Below, in pieces: positions 61,329 through 64,000 of a stretch of 64,000 nt of DNA. The stretch covers positions 104,968,001-105,032,000 of the forward strand of contig NC_058373.1 in the NCBI RefSeq assembly GCF_018350175.1, given 5' to 3'. The notes beneath the pieces are model-generated. The model was not told the origin of the DNA, searched no databases, and saw nothing but the letters and a program-made list of their open reading frames with translations. The DNA comes from Felis catus (taxonomy: Eukaryota). The position numbers and the translations under genes are program-made. Position 1 is the first letter of the stretch. Each line of letters starts with the position of its first letter.

Positions 61329-62189
61329 ACTTCTTTCAGCTTTTATCTTCATCTGGAAAAGACAAATTTCTGTGAAGATTAATCTCTAATCAGCCATACA
61401 TGGTTTGGAACCTTTTTTAAGCTACATTTAATTACATAAAATCATGAAATTAGCGGAGCTAATGGTATTGTCATTAAAAGAGTAAATAGAGGTCTGCCAG
61501 TGATGCATCAGAGTACTTAGAGCTTTCTGAGGATCATAATTGAAGTCCTTGTTATGTATTGGTGTTGACTTAGCACTCATGGCTTGGGAGTGTTTGCCTT
61601 TACTCTTGTAATGCTAATAGTGTATGTTCTCATTTTTACCACATGTATTTGTGAGCATGTACTTTGCGCCTGGTACTGTGTTAATTAAAGGAAGATGTTT
61701 CGTAGGCCCGACACCGTGTGCTTGGCCCTTGGAGTAGGTAGTCTGTTGGGAAGGTACACATTTTACGAGTAATTAAGTGGGGTGATCTTATCAACAGGAA
61801 AGTGTTGGTGCTTTGAGAGTGACTTGCAGGCCCTGAACCAAGTCTGGAGTGTTTGAGGAGGCTTTTCTTACTTTTTAATCAGTGCTGATTTTTATCAGTC
61901 CTGGCAAAATGGTAAGTCCAGATAGAGGAAAAATTCGAATGAGCATAGCTCTCTGCTTGTGAACACATACTTTTATCCCCACAAACCAAAAGTTCTGTCA
62001 TCTTCGATGAGTCAATTCTTAAAGATTCCTAATTTAAGTGATTAATTTATATTTAGGGTTTGTATTTATTCTCAATACAGATTACTTTTGATTTATTACT
62101 GGGAAATGGGTTAGTACAATAAATAACCATATATTAATTTGAAATTATTTTGTTATTATAAATTAATAAATCATTTTAATTTTTTGTAG

Positions 62190-62272
62190 CCTATCAAAGT
62201 TGTTCAATATAATATCAATACAGAAGAATTATATTCCTACTTAAAGGAATTCATCCACATACTGTATTTCAG
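62190..62272 (+). CDS. ACTR10: ACTR10 coding exon 3
   Basis: Acceptor tttgtAG, donor AG|GTAAGA; PIKVVQYNINTEELYSYLKEFIHILYF(R); 83 nt. Confidence 0.97.
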
Positions 62273-62449
62273 GTAAGATGTAGTTGTGGTTTTTTCCCCC
62301 CCTCAGCTTTTGTGATTAGATTTTCCTAAGGCCAGTCATAGTGATATTTGGTTCTGTTACATCTGATGCAAAAAAGAGTTGTCTTCCATTACCATTTTTA
62401 CTTGTTTATTTTCAGCTGTTTCCAAAATATATTTGAAGACTAGATGATT

Positions 62450-62815
62450 GGCAAGCATAAGAGATACTGAAAGCAAATTAAATGTTCATTTATAACGGAG
62501 GTTGGATAATTAAATTATTATATATCCATATAGTGAAACACTTTATAGCCATTAAAAAAGAGTTCTGTATATGTAATGATATAAAAGGTGTCTTAGATAT
62601 ATTGATATTTGAAAAAAGTAAGTCGCAGAACAACATCTATGGAATAAATATTTCTGTTAAAATACGTGCATACACATGGACAATAATGAAGATATACAAA
62701 CTGCTGTAAGTGGTAGTTTCTGTGTAGTCGAAGTGTAAAATATTTGTACTTTTCAAATTTTAAACTTCTATTATATTTGGAGTTTTATGAGCATATATTA
62801 CTTTCGTAACCTAAA
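62450..62815 (+). mobile_element. L1ME-type 3'UTR fragment
   Basis: TAAATTATTATATATCCATATAGTGAAACACTTTATAGCCATTAAAAAAGA motif. Confidence 0.65.
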
Positions 62816-63024
62816 AATACACAAGTGTGTATTCAGACTAGGCTGTAACTTTTGTTTTCTGAGATAATTGCGTTAACAAAGATCATGACACAGTGCACGG
62901 CATGTAATAAGAGGTCAGGAATGTTATCTTTACCAAGTAATAAAATGAAGATGTCTTTCTCTTCTTAACAAAATTGCACTATGTGCCAAAATAAATACAA
63001 ACTTTTATTTACATTTATAAATGA

Positions 63025-63845
<821 letters not shown>

Positions 63846-64000
63846 TGTTGTTGTTTTTTGTAGGTACTAAAGCTTAAAAGATCCTCATTTAATTTCCTTC
63901 ATTGTATATACTACACAATCCATTTAAGAAACCAAGTGAGAATACACTCAAACCACTTTAAATTAACCATTTATTTTCTTTTCTTTGTATGGTTATTTCA

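Overview
Mammalian nuclear DNA from a felid, most likely cat; the evidence is dense tRNA-derived CAN-SINEs, including feline SINEC_Fc-type copies. The window holds two divergently transcribed genes about 40 kb apart. ARMH4 (C14orf37) is on the minus strand: a CpG-island first exon ending at 16489, then coding exons 7154-5777, 3273-3019 and 193-<1, running off the left edge. ACTR10 (dynactin Arp11) is on the plus strand: coding exons 56940-57016, 59636-59708, 62190-62272 and 63042-63150, running off the right edge. All junctions are GT-AG and keep the reading frame. The rest is intronic or intergenic and rich in CAN-SINE, L1, L2, MIR, MLT1 LTR and hAT remnants. Items not visible in the ORF track: a decayed RPS2 processed pseudogene inside an L2 (about 43330-44430); a near-perfect 63-nt tailless U4 snRNA retrocopy with a target-site duplication (51488-51550); a 21-bp tandem duplication carrying two consensus ARE/MARE sites (31312-31356); and several upstream ATGs in the ARMH4 5' leader. 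I see no CRISPR array and no clear evidence of a wholly new biological system. Gene and repeat identities come from my recall of family sequences, not database searches, and repeat boundaries are approximate.
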